Assembly (NCBI GenBank): GCA_963716255.1
Contig: OY970303.1
Location: forward strand, 2,368,001-2,432,000
Reading direction: 5' to 3'
DNA: 64,000 nt
DNA from: an uncultured Gemmatimonadales bacterium
GTDB taxonomy: Bacteria; Gemmatimonadota; Gemmatimonadetes; Longimicrobiales; Longimicrobiaceae
The stretch's first letter is position 1. Every line of letters starts with the position of its first letter. This document shows positions 58,901 through 61,900 of the stretch, in pieces. Made by a program: the position numbers and the translations under genes. The notes under the pieces were generated by a model, which worked only from the letters and a program-made list of their open reading frames with translations, ran no database searches and was not told the origin of the DNA.

Positions 58901-61900
58901 AGCTCGGCTGCCGCGCTGGGCACCGTCACCACCAGGCGTACGCTCTCGTCCGCCACGCGCGGCAGGTCGAGGACGCTCTCCACCAGCACCAGCGTGCCGC
59001 CCCAGCAGATCGTCCCGAAGATCTCGCCCACCGACACGTCGAAGGAGACGGAGGTGGAGCCCAGCACGGCGGCGCGGTCCTCCGGACGCACCACCTCGCG
59101 CAGGAAGTGCACGACCTGCGAGGCGCTGCGGTGCTCCACGAGCACCCCCTTGGGGCGGCCGGTGGACCCGGAGGTGTACAGCATGTACGCCAGGTTCCCC
59201 GGCTCGACACCGCCTGGGTGCGCGGTGTCGGGCAGGGTGGCGGCGTGCTCCGCCTCCTGGTCCAGCAGCACGCGCGCGACCCCCGCCGGGAGCCGCCCGG
59301 CCAGCCCCCCCTGCGATACCACCACGGTCGCGCTCGCGTTCTCCAGCATGTACTTCAGGTGCTCCGCCGGGTAGGCGGGATCCAGCGGGACGTAGGCGCC
59401 CCCCGCCTTGAGGATCCCCAGCATCGCCGCGATCATCTCCGGGCTCCGCTCCAGGCACAGCCCCACCCTCGACTCGGGGCCGACTCCGAGCGCGAGGAGG
59501 TGGTGCGCCAGGCGGTTCGCGCTCCGCTCCAGCTCCGCGTAGCTGGTCGCGCGGCCGCGGAAGCGGATCGCCGCGGCGTCCGGGGTGCGCGCCGCCTGCT
59601 CCGCGAACAGCTCGTGCACGCAGGCCTCGGGGTAGTCGGCCCCGGCGGCGTTCCACAGCTGGAGCACCTGGGCGCGCTCCGCCCCGCGCAGCAGCGACAC
59701 CTCCGAGAGCCGCCGCGTGGAATCGGCCCCCATGTCGCCCAGCAGAACCTCCAGGTGCCCGGCCATGCGCGCGATCGTCGCGGCCTCGAACAGCGACTCC
59801 CTGTAGACGAGCGCCCCGACCAGCCCCTCCCCTTCCTCCGTCATCTCCAGGTCCAGGTCGAACTTCGCCACCCCCGCCCCGGACGCGAACCGCGCCACCC
59901 CCACTTCGCCCAGCGACAGCTGGTCCCGCGCGGTGAAGCGGTTCAGCTCGAAGATCGACTGGAACAGCGGCGTGTGCCTCAGGCTGCGCTCCACCGCCAG
60001 CTCCTCCACCAGCCGCTCGAAGGGCAGATCCTGGTGCGCGTACGCACCCAGCGCCTCTTCCCGCACGCGACCCAGCAGCTCGCGCCAGGTGGGATCCCCG
60101 CCCAGGTCCGCGCGCAGCGCCAGCATGTTGACGAAGAAGCCCACCAGCCCCTCCGTCTCCACCCGCGTGCGCCCCGCCACCGGCGTGCCCACCACCACGT
60201 CGTCCTGCCCCGCGTAGCGCCCCAGCAGCGCCTGCCAGGCGGCCAGCACCGTCATGAACAGCGTCGCGCCCTGCGCCCTCGACAGCGCCCGCAGCCGCCG
60301 CGACACCTCGGGGGAGAGCGCGAAGGCATGGGTGCCGGCGCCCGCGTCCTGCCCCGCCGCGCGCGGGTGGTCGACGGGGACCTCCAGCAGCGGCGGGGCG
60401 CCGGCCAGCCGCTCCCGCCAGTAGCCGATCTGCGCTTCCAGCACGTCGCCGCTCAGCCACGCGCGCTGCCACACGGCGAAGTCGGCGTACTGCACCGGCA
60501 GCTCCGCCAGCGGCGACGGCTCGCCATGGCTGAAGGCGGCGTAGAGCGCCGAGAGCTCGCGCACCAGCACGTCCATGCTCCACCCGTCGCCGACCACGTG
60601 GTGAAGCGTGAAGCAGAGCACGTGGTCGTCCACGGCCAGGCGCAGCAGCGTGCCGCGCAGCAGCGGTCCGCGCGCCAGGTCGAAGGGCCGCAGCGCCTCC
60701 GCGCCGGCGAGCCGCTTCGCCTCCGCCTCGCGCTCGGCTTCCGGCAGCTCGCGCAGGTCGAGCACGGGCAGCGGCACCGGGGCGGGCGGGTGGATCACCT
60801 GCACGGGGGCGCCGCCCTGCTCCGCGAAGACGGTGCGCAGCGCCTCGTGCCGGCACACCAGCTCGCCCAGGCCGGCCCGCAGCGCCGCCGCGTCCAGCGC
60901 GCCGCGCAGCCGCAGCGCGCCCGCCATGTTGTAGGCGGGGCTCCCCGGCTCCAGCCGGTCCATCACCCACAGCCGCTGCTGCGCGAACGACACCGGCAGC
61001 GGCCCCTCGCGGGAAACCCGCTCGAGCGGCGGCGCGACCGCGCCTCCATCGCTCCGCAACTCCTCGACGCGCCCGGCCAGCCCCACCAGGGTCGACGCCT
61101 CGAACAACGCCCGCAGCGGCACCTCCACCCCGAACGCCTGTCGAGCACGAGAGACCACCTGTGTCGCCAGCAGCGAGTGCCCGCCCAGCTCGAAGAAGTC
61201 GTCGTGCGCCCCCACCCGCTCCACGCCCAGCACCTCGCTCCAGATCCCCGCCAGGATCTCCTCCGCCGGAGTGGAGGGCGGCGCGTACTCCCCGGAGCGG
61301 GACGCTCCGGCCTCCGGCGCGGGGAGCGCCCGCCGGTCGATCTTTCCGTTGGGGGTAAGCGGAATGCTCTCCAACTCCACGAACGCCGGCGGCACCATGT
61401 ACTCCGGCAGCCGCTCGCGAAGCCGCGCCCGCAGCTCCGCCGCGGAGACGCCGCCCGCCTCCTCCGGCACCACGTACCCCACCAGGCGCCGGTCGCCGCC
61501 CGCTTCCTCCCGCGCCACCACCACCGCCTCCCGCACCCCGGGCTGCGCCAGGAGCACCGCCTCGATCTCCCCCGGCTCGATCCGGAAGCCCCGCACCTTC
61601 ACCTGGAAGTCCGTGCGCCCGAAGTATTCCAGCTCCCCGTCCGCCCTCCACCGCACCCGGTCCATCACCCGGTACATCCGGCTACCCGCCGCCCCGAACG
61701 GGCTCGGCACGAAGCGCTCGGCCGTCAGCTCCGGACGCCCGGCGTAGCCGCGCGCCAGCCCCTCGCCCGACAGGTACAGCTCGCCCACCACCCCCACCGG
61801 CACCGGCTGCATGCGCGCGTCCAGCACGTACGCCTGCGTCCCCGCCACCGGGCGCCCCACCAGCACCTGCCCCCCGCCGCGGCGCACCAGCGAGTAGGTG

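Noticed and set aside
50630..61651. Long alternative-frame minus-strand ORFs (50630..55591, 57062..61651) rich in Gly/Ala/Arg
   Set aside because: Off-frame readings of high-GC codons within the real CDS; low complexity.
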